Part shown: one piece after another, positions 40,402 through 50,097 of the stretch
How the letters are laid out: the number at the start of each line of letters is the position of its first letter
Numbering within the stretch: the first letter of the stretch is position 1
Source: a bacterium
GTDB lineage: Bacteria; Zhuqueibacterota; Zhuqueibacteria; Residuimicrobiales; Krinioviventaceae
Length of the DNA: 64,000 bases
Direction of reading: 5' to 3'
Assembly: GCA_963675755.2 (NCBI GenBank)
Contig: CAXXMD010000002.1
Location: 1,824,001-1,888,000 of the forward strand
Translations under genes and position numbers: made by a program
The notes under the pieces: generated by a model
What the model saw: only the letters and a program-made list of their open reading frames with translations
Databases searched by the model: none
Told to the model about the DNA's origin: nothing

Positions 40402-41927
40402 CTAGTTCTCCCCTCTAACCTCAATCTCATTAATCCCTTTTCGCTCGATGATCAATATATTATCCACTCCCCTGAAACTGCCAAACCGCCAAAAGGATTT
40501 ATCGAGTGGTTTTCCATTTGCATAGACCACAGGTGTAAAGGTGAGTTTGAATCGCTCAATGCCATCTTGATCTGCAGTGGCATAGCTGATATTTTTATCA
40601 TCATACTTGATATCCAACACAGTAGAAGAAGAGTAAAACAAATGATCTTTATCCTGTGGTAGCATTTCCGGCAATTCAGCTATTCCATCCAGTATATGGG
40701 GCAGGTAATCCCAATAAGAATCGGAAAACCAGGGTTCAGCATACTCTATTCCGGTATAGTTGATAGATATATTATCTTTAGAATATTTGTTATAAGCAGA
40801 ATAAGTTGCCAGTGCAAAAGAAGCCCTTGCCTCTTCCCTGACTTGAGGGTCCTGGCATACACCATACCATTTTGCCACAACCGATGCATAGCGAGCGGTA
40901 TGACTGCTCATTTCTTTGAAACAGCCATCCTGTTCTTTGATGCTGGTAGCGCCATAGCGTGTTACCTGGCCAAACCGGTTTTTCACCCATTGGATCAGTT
41001 CCGGAACATGCGTTTTATAATCCGGATCTGTTTCGGGTCTATTTAACAGGTAGCGCGCGGTTTCCATGGGATTTTGCTGATTCAGGTTATCAAAATTGGA
41101 TTGCACATCTTCATAATAGCCGGACCAGAAATGGTTCCGCATGGGATATTTTAAAATCCATTGGATCAGCAGCTCTCTTTTTTCAGCAAGCAGTTTTTTG
41201 TCCAGACTGCAAGCCGATTGTTTTAGCAACTCATCAAACAACTGTACTGCCAGAATCATATTGGAACAATAGGGATCCACAACCTCACCGGTTTTGAGAT
41301 TCACCCTGAAGGGCAGGGGTGAATGTTCTGCGTCACCGGGAATGATATGTTGTATGATTGTATTTGCAATACGCTCTGCTTTATGTACATAGATATCATC
41401 CTGACAATATTTTGAATATTGGATATAACCAATTGCTACCATACAGAGCTTGTCAACTCCGCCCCATTCATCCGTATATTCACCATCCGGGGTATCATCC
41501 TGAGTGCGGGGGGAACATCCGGCCAGGCCCAGTCCAAAGGAGTATGATACTTGGCCACACGTTCAATCAGTTTTTGCACAGGTGCCAGGGCGTCGCGGTC
41601 CCCGGTATAAGCATAGTATTTTTTAAATGTCTCCATACCCCAGTAAACATTGCTACCCGGATTGTTTTGTTTATCGCGGTACGTTCCGTCCATGTTTAAT
41701 TTTGAAGTTACCAGATACAATGGATCTTTACCGTGGCTGGTTTCAACCTCGGGACAAAATTTAAGAAAATTCATGCTCCATGAAAGGATATTGTCATAAC
41801 TCGTCCAGGCTTGTAATTGACCGGATTGGGGATCAAGCACTACATCATGATCAAGGATCTTTTCAGCAAAGACGTTCCAGGTTGTCAGGCAAAGCAGGAT
41901 GATAAAAAAATGAACTGGATGTTTCAT
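40402..41927 (-). pseudogene. Secreted protein (possible alpha/alpha-barrel glycosidase-like) split by a frameshift at G6 41508-41513
   Basis: Signal MKHPVHFFII..; WAWPDVP joins RTQDDTPDGEYTDEWGGVDKLCMVAIGY in the next frame if the C run is 4 or 7 instead of 6. Confidence 0.65.
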
Positions 41928-42026
41928 AGCAGACTCTTTGTATTGTTTAGTAAAATGGATTTGAACCAAATATAGTTCAATTATTTCGAAAATCAAACCA
42001 TATTAACGGAAAGCATAAATGTATAA

Positions 42027-42054
42027 AAGGGGTCTGATGGTTACAGAACCCCTT
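42027..42054 (-). terminator. Probable terminator
   Basis: aaggggtctg / cagaacccctt stem with a short U tail on the minus strand. Confidence 0.5.
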
Positions 42055-42060
42055 GTCATA

Positions 42061-42652
42061 TCATATTTCTATCACATATCTATGATTGCAGTAAGCATCC
42101 CCTTGCATGAGTGTTTTATCCCGTTCCATGTGCATCTTTTCGTTAAATCCTTTTGCCCAGGTATAATCTCCACAGCAAATATGCGCGTAACCAATTTCAC
42201 CCGCATCCGCGTCCAGGAAAGTTTTGGCCCAAATGCATTCGGTTACCTGCATTTGAAATGTGGTCTCTGTATCCTCAACAATCGAATGGGTCAATGACTT
42301 TTCATAATGAGGTGGACGGAATTGTTCAACATAGGCAGCCAGACTGTTATTGCCCAGTTTTTTGGCCTGGTCCTGACCTCGCTTAAAAGTTCGTTCCTGT
42401 GTCTTTTTTGTCAGAAACTCTAACAATTTATCCTTACCCCACTCTTGCTCAAAAGCTTGCGCAAGTTTGATAAATTCGCGATACTGGACCGCGTAATATT
42501 CTGCATAAGAAAGATCAGGATCATGTTTTTTGCTCAAACTTATTCGTGTCAGCAAGTGCAGTACCACAAACACCCGCCAAACAGGCAGCTGCACAGGGCG
42601 GAATTATTGCAGCCATAAAGTCCCTGCGGTGAAGAGAATGTTGTTTTTCCAT
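42061..42652 (-). pseudogene. Tat-signal ATC-hydrolase (L-2-amino-thiazoline-4-carboxylate hydrolase) family protein with frameshift at T6 42526-42531
   Basis: GGAG RBS then MEKQHSLHRRDFM.. stops after EQKT; one fewer A gives EQKHDPDLSY.. continuing to VTECIWA..CCGD..RDKTLMQGDAYCNHRY. Confidence 0.7.
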
Positions 42653-42767
42653 TGTATCTCCATTTGTAATTTTTAACGTTTTGAAAAATTAACCAAGGAA
42701 TTGTTGCTTGTGAAAAATTAAATTATTTCCCCGGCAAAAGCATCAAGTTCATTTAAAAAGTGATCGA

Positions 42768-44084
42768 TTATTCTTTAACCATAACAGCAAGTAATACCAT
42801 AGAAATGAAAGCAATCACAGCTCCTGTACCAAAAGCCACCATGGCCCCAAAGGATTTGTATAAAAATCCAAATATAACGCTTGCCGGCAATGCTGATAGC
42901 CCGATTGCAAAGTTGAACAATCCAAACGCACTGCCCCGTGTTTCCGGTGTTACAATATCCGCAACAAATGCTTTTTCCGCCCCCTCGGTAAATGCATAAT
43001 ATAACGCATAAATAAAAAATAAAACAAATACAAGAGGCAGATGTAACGAGTTGTCAAACCTGTCCAAAAACGCAAATCCCAGATACACAAATGTGTAAAT
43101 GGCCCACCCAATATTGATCACTTTTTTTCTGCCGGTCCGGTCAGACAATGTACCCAGATATGTTGAAAACAAAACCTTGATCACATGGAAAAAGGCCCAC
43201 ACCAACGGTACAAATAAAATATTGATCAGTTGTTTTTGAATCTCAGTATCCCCGAATCCGGTAAGCATTTCACGGAACAGGGGCAGTCTATATAATAATG
43301 AATGGAGTGAATTGTTATCATTAAGAGCTTCCTGAACCCGAAACAATAAAAATGCATCCGATGAATTGCCCAAGGTAAATAGCGTAACGATTGCTATATA
43401 CTTTAGAAAATTATTATCAAATTGTTTGAGTGAGAATAATGTGGATTGTTTTCCGGGAACAGTATCTGTTTTTTCATGAACAAATAACACCAATGCTAGT
43501 ACCGCAAAAATGCCCGGAATGATGGCCAGAATAAAGGTCCAGCGAAGAATAAGCAGCGTATCCTGCATATGAAAACCTAGAATCAGCAGCATCAGAACCG
43601 AGATAGCCAATAGTGGACCCAGCACCGCACCGGCATGGTCCATAGCACGGTGAAATCCATAGGCCCTGCCGCGGGATTTTGCATCAACCGACGATGCGAT
43701 CAACGCATCACGTGGGGCGGTACGGATACCTTTGCCAACCCGGTCAAGCATGCGCACAAACACAATCTGCCAGGCGGATGCAACAATCCCCGTAAAAGGT
43801 CGGACCAGTGAGGATATTCCATAACCGATAACAACCAGCAGTTTTCGTTTACCAATGCGGTCTGATATTACACCGCTGACCAGCTTTAACATGGCTGCAG
43901 TGGTTTCTGCTATGCCTTCTATAACACCAAGCACTAGCACACTGGAACCCAACAAGGTAATAAAAACAGGCACCAGCGGATAGATCATTTCACTGGCAGC
44001 ATCAGTAAACAGGCTGACAACACCCAGTATAACAACATTACGGGTAATACCACCTGACTTGGATTTTAGGGGCTTTAGTACCAT
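42768..44084 (-). CDS. MFS transporter
   Basis: VSLFTDAASEMIYP, GVISDRIGKRK, DRVGKGIRTAPRDALIA, GFHRAMD. Confidence 0.9.
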   Translation of the reverse strand: MVLKPLKSKSGGITRNVVILGVVSLFTDAASEMIYPLVPVFITLLGSSVLVLGVIEGIAETTAAMLKLVSGVISDRIGKRKLLVVIGYGISSLVRPFTGIVASAWQIVFVRMLDRVGKGIRTAPRDALIASSVDAKSRGRAYGFHRAMDHAGAVLGPLLAISVLMLLILGFHMQDTLLILRWTFILAIIPGIFAVLALVLFVHEKTDTVPGKQSTLFSLKQFDNNFLKYIAIVTLFTLGNSSDAFLLFRVQEALNDNNSLHSLLYRLPLFREMLTGFGDTEIQKQLINILFVPLVWAFFHVIKVLFSTYLGTLSDRTGRKKVINIGWAIYTFVYLGFAFLDRFDNSLHLPLVFVLFFIYALYYAFTEGAEKAFVADIVTPETRGSAFGLFNFAIGLSALPASVIFGFLYKSFGAMVAFGTGAVIAFISMVLLAVMVKE

Positions 44085-44223
44085 AATACAATTAGATTAA
44101 TATGACAATTATTTGGGAAAATTTAATGAATATTGATAGTTATAAAAAAAGTATGAAAAACACAACAATTATTCATAAAAATGATGAACAATAATCAGAT
44201 TATAATGGCTAATCCCCTAGCTA

Positions 44224-44261
44224 TAAAAACGTCCGTCTGTCCCCCTTAAATACAGACGGAC
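44224..44261 (-). terminator. Intrinsic terminator
   Basis: gtccgtctgt / acagacggac stem; U run on the minus strand. Confidence 0.7.
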
Positions 44262-44269
44262 ATTTATTC

Positions 44270-45370
44270 TTATCGCATCAATACAACTTTGTGGGTTTTT
44301 ACCCCTGCATAACTCTTGAATACAATCAAATACATGCCGGATGCTGCCTGACTACCGGCATCGTCCCGTCCATTCCATAAAACGTTATAACTACCGGCTG
44401 GTTGTTCGCCATCCACCAAAGTTGCGACCTTGCTGCCCAATACATTAAATACTGAAACCTCAACCGGACTCGTCTCTGCCAAATGATAGCGAATTCTGGT
44501 TTCCGGATTAAAAGGGTTTGGGTATGGGGCATCCAATGCTGTGGTTTCGGGAATAGATTCAAGGGTAATACTCAGACTTTGCAGTACAGTGGATTCACCA
44601 TTGGAATTTACATCGGAAAGACGATAATTATAGGTAGAACCATATACAATCGTTTCATCTGTAAACGTATAACGGGATGTATGAGATACGGTACCCTGAC
44701 CTTGCAGTGCATCAACAGTGCGATAAGATGCAATTGTTTGCCATTGATCATTCTCTTTGCTTCGTTCCAGTATGAATCCCAGATTAGTGATTTCAGATTC
44801 TGTGGACCACTTTAATTCAACACCGTTTTCCGCTTCACTCGCCTGAAAAGAAGATAGTTCTACCGGTAAGGGGGTATCCTGATTGGCAAAAGTTACCGTA
44901 TGCGCTTGTGCAGAGTAATCTGCAATTGCATCGCTGCCATTAAGTTCAATAAACACATTTCCAGTGCCAACAACAGAAAAATTGTAAACAATTGCATTAA
45001 TGCCGCCGGTAGGCCAATAGTCGTCCTGGGTGAAAATATCGGCATTATTATAAAAAACGCGTTTGGTAAAAGTATGACCGGCTCTTTCCCATGACCCGGT
45101 TTGAATTTCTTTATTAGCCAAACCAGATCCCCAACCCCAGGTGGTTTCAATTTGTGAGGCATCTACATTATCTGCAGAGGCAATAGTCGTTACCCCATCA
45201 TCGCAGTAGTATAAATACACACTAATACTCGCGGCTTCTTCGGGTTGGCTGTCACCTTTAACATTCAGATATAATGGATTCACACCATTCAATGTAATGG
45301 TAACATCTCCTGCAAATGCTGCCATGTTAACCGCAACCAAAACAAACAACACGATAGCAATCTTTTTCAT
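44270..45370 (-). CDS. Secreted small beta-sandwich (cohesin-like) + Ig + CTD protein
   Basis: Signal peptide; ~145 aa N-terminal beta domain; PLPVELSSF, WSTESEITNLGF; YPNPFNP CTD; same layout and similar size as 26366-27523. Confidence 0.75.
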   Translation of the reverse strand: MKKIAIVLFVLVAVNMAAFAGDVTITLNGVNPLYLNVKGDSQPEEAASISVYLYYCDDGVTTIASADNVDASQIETTWGWGSGLANKEIQTGSWERAGHTFTKRVFYNNADIFTQDDYWPTGGINAIVYNFSVVGTGNVFIELNGSDAIADYSAQAHTVTFANQDTPLPVELSSFQASEAENGVELKWSTESEITNLGFILERSKENDQWQTIASYRTVDALQGQGTVSHTSRYTFTDETIVYGSTYNYRLSDVNSNGESTVLQSLSITLESIPETTALDAPYPNPFNPETRIRYHLAETSPVEVSVFNVLGSKVATLVDGEQPAGSYNVLWNGRDDAGSQAASGMYLIVFKSYAGVKTHKVVLMR

Positions 45371-45581
45371 TTAATTTTCTCCCTAGCTAATTAAATTCTA
45401 TTAAACTAATTCTTATTTACAAACCTGGCTATTCTACGCATTCAAAAAAAAATAACTAAAATTCAAAGTCCGTATATTGCATGTAAAAACCAGACAAAAC
45501 TTATATAATCCCGATCAGGCATCTTAATTTAGGATGGGGTAGATTTCTTAATGCCTAACCGGGATTTTTTCTATTCTAAAA

Positions 45582-48500
45582 TCAAGGCAGATTACAACAT
45601 TTTCCGGCATTAGGTTTAATTACCAAATAGTCCGTTGAATTAACACTGCCACTCAAATTAGCATCGCTTGTAGAATAACCGTTTGTACCGGCTTTGGTTC
45701 GAACAGTAAGATAGTCCGATGCATTGATAACACCCGATCCATTACAGTCGCCTTTATACATACCGAAAACACCTTCTTCAAGCAATGCGGCCTCACCGCC
45801 ATAATACTGATCCAGGCCGGTAGAAAAATCATATGTGGACAAGGAGAAACCCAATGAACGTGCCGCCGCACTCATTACCGCCAGATGATTGCGATGACGG
45901 ATAACAATATAGTACGCCCCCTCTGCCGTATCGCCAAGGCTCAGACTGGTATCAGTGCCGTCTGCTTCTGCGAGCCAGCCGTCGCTGCGTAACAAATATG
46001 AACGGCTGTAAACCGTTTCGCCATCAGCCGTGCTGCGCAGCTCAAGCGAAACCCAGTCAGTAATATCTGCCGCAATACTTCCCGCGTCCCGACAGTCGCT
46101 ATATGGACAAACGGCAGGAATGTTTGCATTCAGGTCTGTATTCATTTCAGGATTATCTGCGGAGATATTATAAGCTCCCTCAAGAAATACACGTACGGAA
46201 AGCTGCACCGCCTGGTCCGTAGTAAAGGTCTTTACGGGGCCGTAAAAAGATCCCAGTTTGCTCTGGCAAAACGCACGATAATAATAGGTGCTGCCGGGCT
46301 CAAGACCGGTCACTGTACCGGAAAAACTCCCTACACCACTCTGCATATAGAATTTGGAATCAGCCAGTGTGGGTGTATTGTTGGATGTGCTGTAACAAAC
46401 GCCGCGTCTAAGAATCGGTACAAAATTATCATACGTCACTTCACCACCCAATATAGCAGTGGTTTTATCAACCGATGACGCTGACGCAGTAGTAACACAT
46501 TCTCTGTCGATAACAACATTACGCGTTTCCCAACGACTTGCATTACCGTCTTGTTCCGAAGTTATAAGATCAAGTTTTCCGTCACCATCAATATCTGTAA
46601 AAGCACAAGTAGAAAAATAACTGAGATCTATATTCTGAAATGTTTCATTAACGAGATAAAAGTCATAAGCGTTTGGCGCTGACTGCGCAAAGTGCTCAAT
46701 GTTACCCTGATAAGTTCCTGAGAAAACATCCAGCATTCCGTCACCATTAATATCAGCACAAGCGGGCAGGCTAATACCATCCGGCATGTGGTCTATTACG
46801 TTAAAGTCATAACTGTATTTTGCGGATTGTTCATAAATTACATTATCTCCATGATACTCCCCGATTATCAAATCTAACAAACCGTCCCGATCAATATCGG
46901 TTAATTGGAGATTGCTATAATCATACTTTTCCATTTGAATACCACTAAATTGTTCGTTAACCAGTACAAAAGTGGTCGAGTTTAGCTCACTTTGCTCAAA
47001 GTGGCGAATATTTTCATCACTACAGCCGGCAAGCAGGTCCAATAAACCATCACCATCCAGGTCTGCGAAAGCAACAATCTGCAGACCAGAGTAATATTCT
47101 CCAAGGAGATCGCCCTTCACTAGCGTAAAAGATCCCGAGTTGACCTCGGTTTGCTCATAATATAAAAGACGACTATCTTTTTCCATCAGCAAATCAAGTA
47201 AACCATCGCCATCCATATCTGTAAAATTAGGTTGTGTCCACGTCCACGTTCCATAATTAATTCCTGCAAAGCTTGAAGTTACTTTTTCAAAAAGAGATGT
47301 AGAACTCGTTGTAAAGGATTTTACAGGCCCGTAAAACAGACCCAGCGAACTCTGTGCAAAGGTGCGGAAATAATACGTATTTGCTTCAATCATCGGCAGC
47401 GAATTCATAGAGAATTCATCAGCACGGTTATTACAATTTGATTTTACAACATCTCTATTGCTCAATTCAGGTAACGTGCTTACAGTGCTGTAACAGACGC
47501 CCCGTTCATAAATAAAATGGCCGTTATCATCGGTTACCGAACCACCCAGGGTCCATCTCATATCCGTTTCAGAGACCGGATCGTCAGTAGTCATACACGA
47601 AGGGTTTACGATAACATCACCAGACTCCCAAAAAATGATTTTACCATCAACCTGCCCTATTAACATATCAAACCGATTGTTACCGTTTATATCACAAACA
47701 GCAGGGACCGCATAGCCTCCCGTGTCAATGCCCCCAAAACTATCTATAACATGGGAAAAAGACAACGAATTCTGCGAATCCTGTCTGTAATGTACAACCT
47801 CGCCATTCCTCTTGCCAACCAAAAGGTCAAGCCGGCCGTCGGCATCCAGATCTGTGAAAAAGGGGGCCGCGTTATAGCCCACATCGATACCGCTAAACTC
47901 GCTATTGACGAGATTAAATATTTCCGGATCAGATGCATCCTGTTCAAAATGACGGAGCCTGCCGTAAAGTTGTCCAACAAGAATATCGATGAGACCATCT
48001 CCGTCAATATCCGCTATCGCAGGTTTGGCGTAACCATTTACATCATAGTTTAGAAAATTATTTTTTACTAAATTGAATACTAATGAACCAAACTCGTATT
48101 GTTCAAACCTGTCAACAGTGCCGTTCTGGTTACCGACCAGCAAATCCAGCAGACCGTCATTATCAATATCCAGACATACAGGAGAAGATTGGCCACCAAC
48201 ATCAATATTATTAAAATTATCTGTTACCAGATTTAAGGTCATGGAATTTGTTTCGGCCTGTTCATAGTGAGCAAGGGTACCATCCTCATTACCGATGATC
48301 AGATCCAGCTTTGAATCATAGTCAAGATCGACAAAAGCCGGGGCTGCATATTCACCTGCATCAATATTACTAACAGAAGTGGTTAATGTTTTCACATCAC
48401 CAAACCAGGTCCCCAGGGCATTGGTAGCAAAGGTCCTTATAAAATACTTTTTCCCTTCATAAAGGTCTGTCAAGGTAGTGGAAAATTCACCTGAACCGGT

Positions 48501-49529
48501 CCCTATTGTTACGCAGCCATCTCCCGACCCCGGCAGCGAATTGGTAAGGCTGTAATACACTCCCCGTCTGTAAACAAATGATCCGTTGTCATTCAACACC
48601 TCGCCCCCCACAACTGCGGATGTAGACGATAGGATTGTCGGTTCAGTGGTCGATACACATTGGGTTTCCAGCGTTGCTGTAGTGGCCCTGTAATGCGCAA
48701 TTTGTCCGTTTCCGCTGCCAACCAGTAAATCAAGGTATCCATCCTGTTCCAGATCTGTAAAGCAAGGAGCAGGCTCATCGCCAAAAGTAAAACCACCCAA
48801 TTGGTTTGTTACCCGGGAAAAAACAGGCTGGTTAAGCTGGTCCTGTTCATAATGATAAAGCGCATTATTACTCGCACTCCCGATGATCAAATCCAGCAAA
48901 CCATCATTGTCCAGATCAACTAATGTGGGAGCAGCATAGCTTCCAATATCAATACCGCTAAATGTTCCATTAATTCTTGAAAACGTATTTTCTCCCGGGT
49001 CCTGTTCATAATGAGGCATTTGTCCGTTATAAAGACCTGCAAGCAAATCCAACTGCCCGTCAAGATCAAAATCGGTAAAAACGGGCATCGGGTACCACTC
49101 GAGTAAATGATCTATCATGATAAAATTTGTTGCATTAAATGTTGTTGAATTCAGGGATTGCTGCCTAAATACGTGAAAGCCACCAAAGCCATCAGCTTCA
49201 ACTAATTCCAGCAATCCGTCAGCATCAAGATCTACAATTGAAAAACCAAATCTTGCGGTTTCAGAAATACCGGCGAAATTAACTGATTGCCTGGTAAACT
49301 TTGTTGGAGTATCGGGGTTCTGTGTATAGTACCAAAGCTTTGACGGATCTGAATCAACATTTACCAATAAATCCAGCCTGCCATCAGAATCAAGGTCAGT
49401 TACTAGAGGTCTTAATTTATAACCATTGCCGGAAATAGTACTAAAATTGTCGGTTACCAAAGTAAAATCCAAAGCATGGATCGTAGTATTAATTAGGCAA
49501 ACCAGGAAAAAAATCTTGAGCAGTTTCAT
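45582..49529 (-). CDS. Large secreted FG-GAP/VCBS repeat protein with C-terminal Ig + dockerin-like module
   Basis: Three blocks of DxDxDGxLDLLxG repeats, each followed by a GGxVxxDN..RGVxYS domain; C-terminal RVFLEGAY..HRNHL..GDCNGSGVINASD / SDANLSGSVNSTD; no CTD. Confidence 0.85.
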   Translation of the reverse strand: MKLLKIFFLVCLINTTIHALDFTLVTDNFSTISGNGYKLRPLVTDLDSDGRLDLLVNVDSDPSKLWYYTQNPDTPTKFTRQSVNFAGISETARFGFSIVDLDADGLLELVEADGFGGFHVFRQQSLNSTTFNATNFIMIDHLLEWYPMPVFTDFDLDGQLDLLAGLYNGQMPHYEQDPGENTFSRINGTFSGIDIGSYAAPTLVDLDNDGLLDLIIGSASNNALYHYEQDQLNQPVFSRVTNQLGGFTFGDEPAPCFTDLEQDGYLDLLVGSGNGQIAHYRATTATLETQCVSTTEPTILSSTSAVVGGEVLNDNGSFVYRRGVYYSLTNSLPGSGDGCVTIGTGSGEFSTTLTDLYEGKKYFIRTFATNALGTWFGDVKTLTTSVSNIDAGEYAAPAFVDLDYDSKLDLIIGNEDGTLAHYEQAETNSMTLNLVTDNFNNIDVGGQSSPVCLDIDNDGLLDLLVGNQNGTVDRFEQYEFGSLVFNLVKNNFLNYDVNGYAKPAIADIDGDGLIDILVGQLYGRLRHFEQDASDPEIFNLVNSEFSGIDVGYNAAPFFTDLDADGRLDLLVGKRNGEVVHYRQDSQNSLSFSHVIDSFGGIDTGGYAVPAVCDINGNNRFDMLIGQVDGKIIFWESGDVIVNPSCMTTDDPVSETDMRWTLGGSVTDDNGHFIYERGVCYSTVSTLPELSNRDVVKSNCNNRADEFSMNSLPMIEANTYYFRTFAQSSLGLFYGPVKSFTTSSTSLFEKVTSSFAGINYGTWTWTQPNFTDMDGDGLLDLLMEKDSRLLYYEQTEVNSGSFTLVKGDLLGEYYSGLQIVAFADLDGDGLLDLLAGCSDENIRHFEQSELNSTTFVLVNEQFSGIQMEKYDYSNLQLTDIDRDGLLDLIIGEYHGDNVIYEQSAKYSYDFNVIDHMPDGISLPACADINGDGMLDVFSGTYQGNIEHFAQSAPNAYDFYLVNETFQNIDLSYFSTCAFTDIDGDGKLDLITSEQDGNASRWETRNVVIDRECVTTASASSVDKTTAILGGEVTYDNFVPILRRGVCYSTSNNTPTLADSKFYMQSGVGSFSGTVTGLEPGSTYYYRAFCQSKLGSFYGPVKTFTTDQAVQLSVRVFLEGAYNISADNPEMNTDLNANIPAVCPYSDCRDAGSIAADITDWVSLELRSTADGETVYSRSYLLRSDGWLAEADGTDTSLSLGDTAEGAYYIVIRHRNHLAVMSAAARSLGFSLSTYDFSTGLDQYYGGEAALLEEGVFGMYKGDCNGSGVINASDYLTVRTKAGTNGYSTSDANLSGSVNSTDYLVIKPNAGKCCNLP

Positions 49530-49600
49530 TGCATTGTATCCTTTGGATTTTTAAGATATAAAATAAAAAAGGTAACACTTAAAAAGGATTAGTACCAAGC

Positions 49601-49633
49601 ACATATGTCGCAAAAACCAGTACATATGTCGCA
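49601..49633. promoter_or_regulatory. Direct-repeat candidate regulator binding site
   Basis: acatatgtcgca at 49601-49612 and 49622-49633 (21-bp period), ~70-100 bp upstream of the FG-GAP gene. Confidence 0.55.
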
Positions 49634-50097
49634 TTTTGGAAAAAAAATCAGGGATGCGGAGAGTAATTAAGAGTCACACCAAATTCTTGATCAACATTTT
49701 CACAAAAAGATTCGGTGTTGATTTGAGTGGGGAATTATAATAAACAAACCTTGCAAAAAAACGTATAAGACTTGATCAGTAATTTTAAAAAAGTAAATAT
49801 AATATGAGGTTAGATGTTTGATTATAACTGGATGAATACTGAGGAAAAAGAAAAGCCGAGAACTTGAAAAAGCCAAAAACACTCCGACCCAACCATCAGC
49901 TGACGGATGGGTCGGAACTAATGCGCAAAGCTTTGCTTCGCAAATATTGGCAAATTAACAATCTGTTAATTGTGAAATTTTCTCCAAGCACAGCCTGGAG
50001 CCAACTCTCCTTACCAAATAAAATTTGGTAAGGAGAGTGTTTAGTTTTTTCAAAGGTCACCCGGAGGTATAATTCCGGGAGGTATTTGTAAAACATA

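Noticed and set aside
42521-42523. Selenocysteine readthrough at the TGA after the Tat leader
   Set aside because: Another TGA follows two codons later in that frame and the conserved domain is in a different frame.
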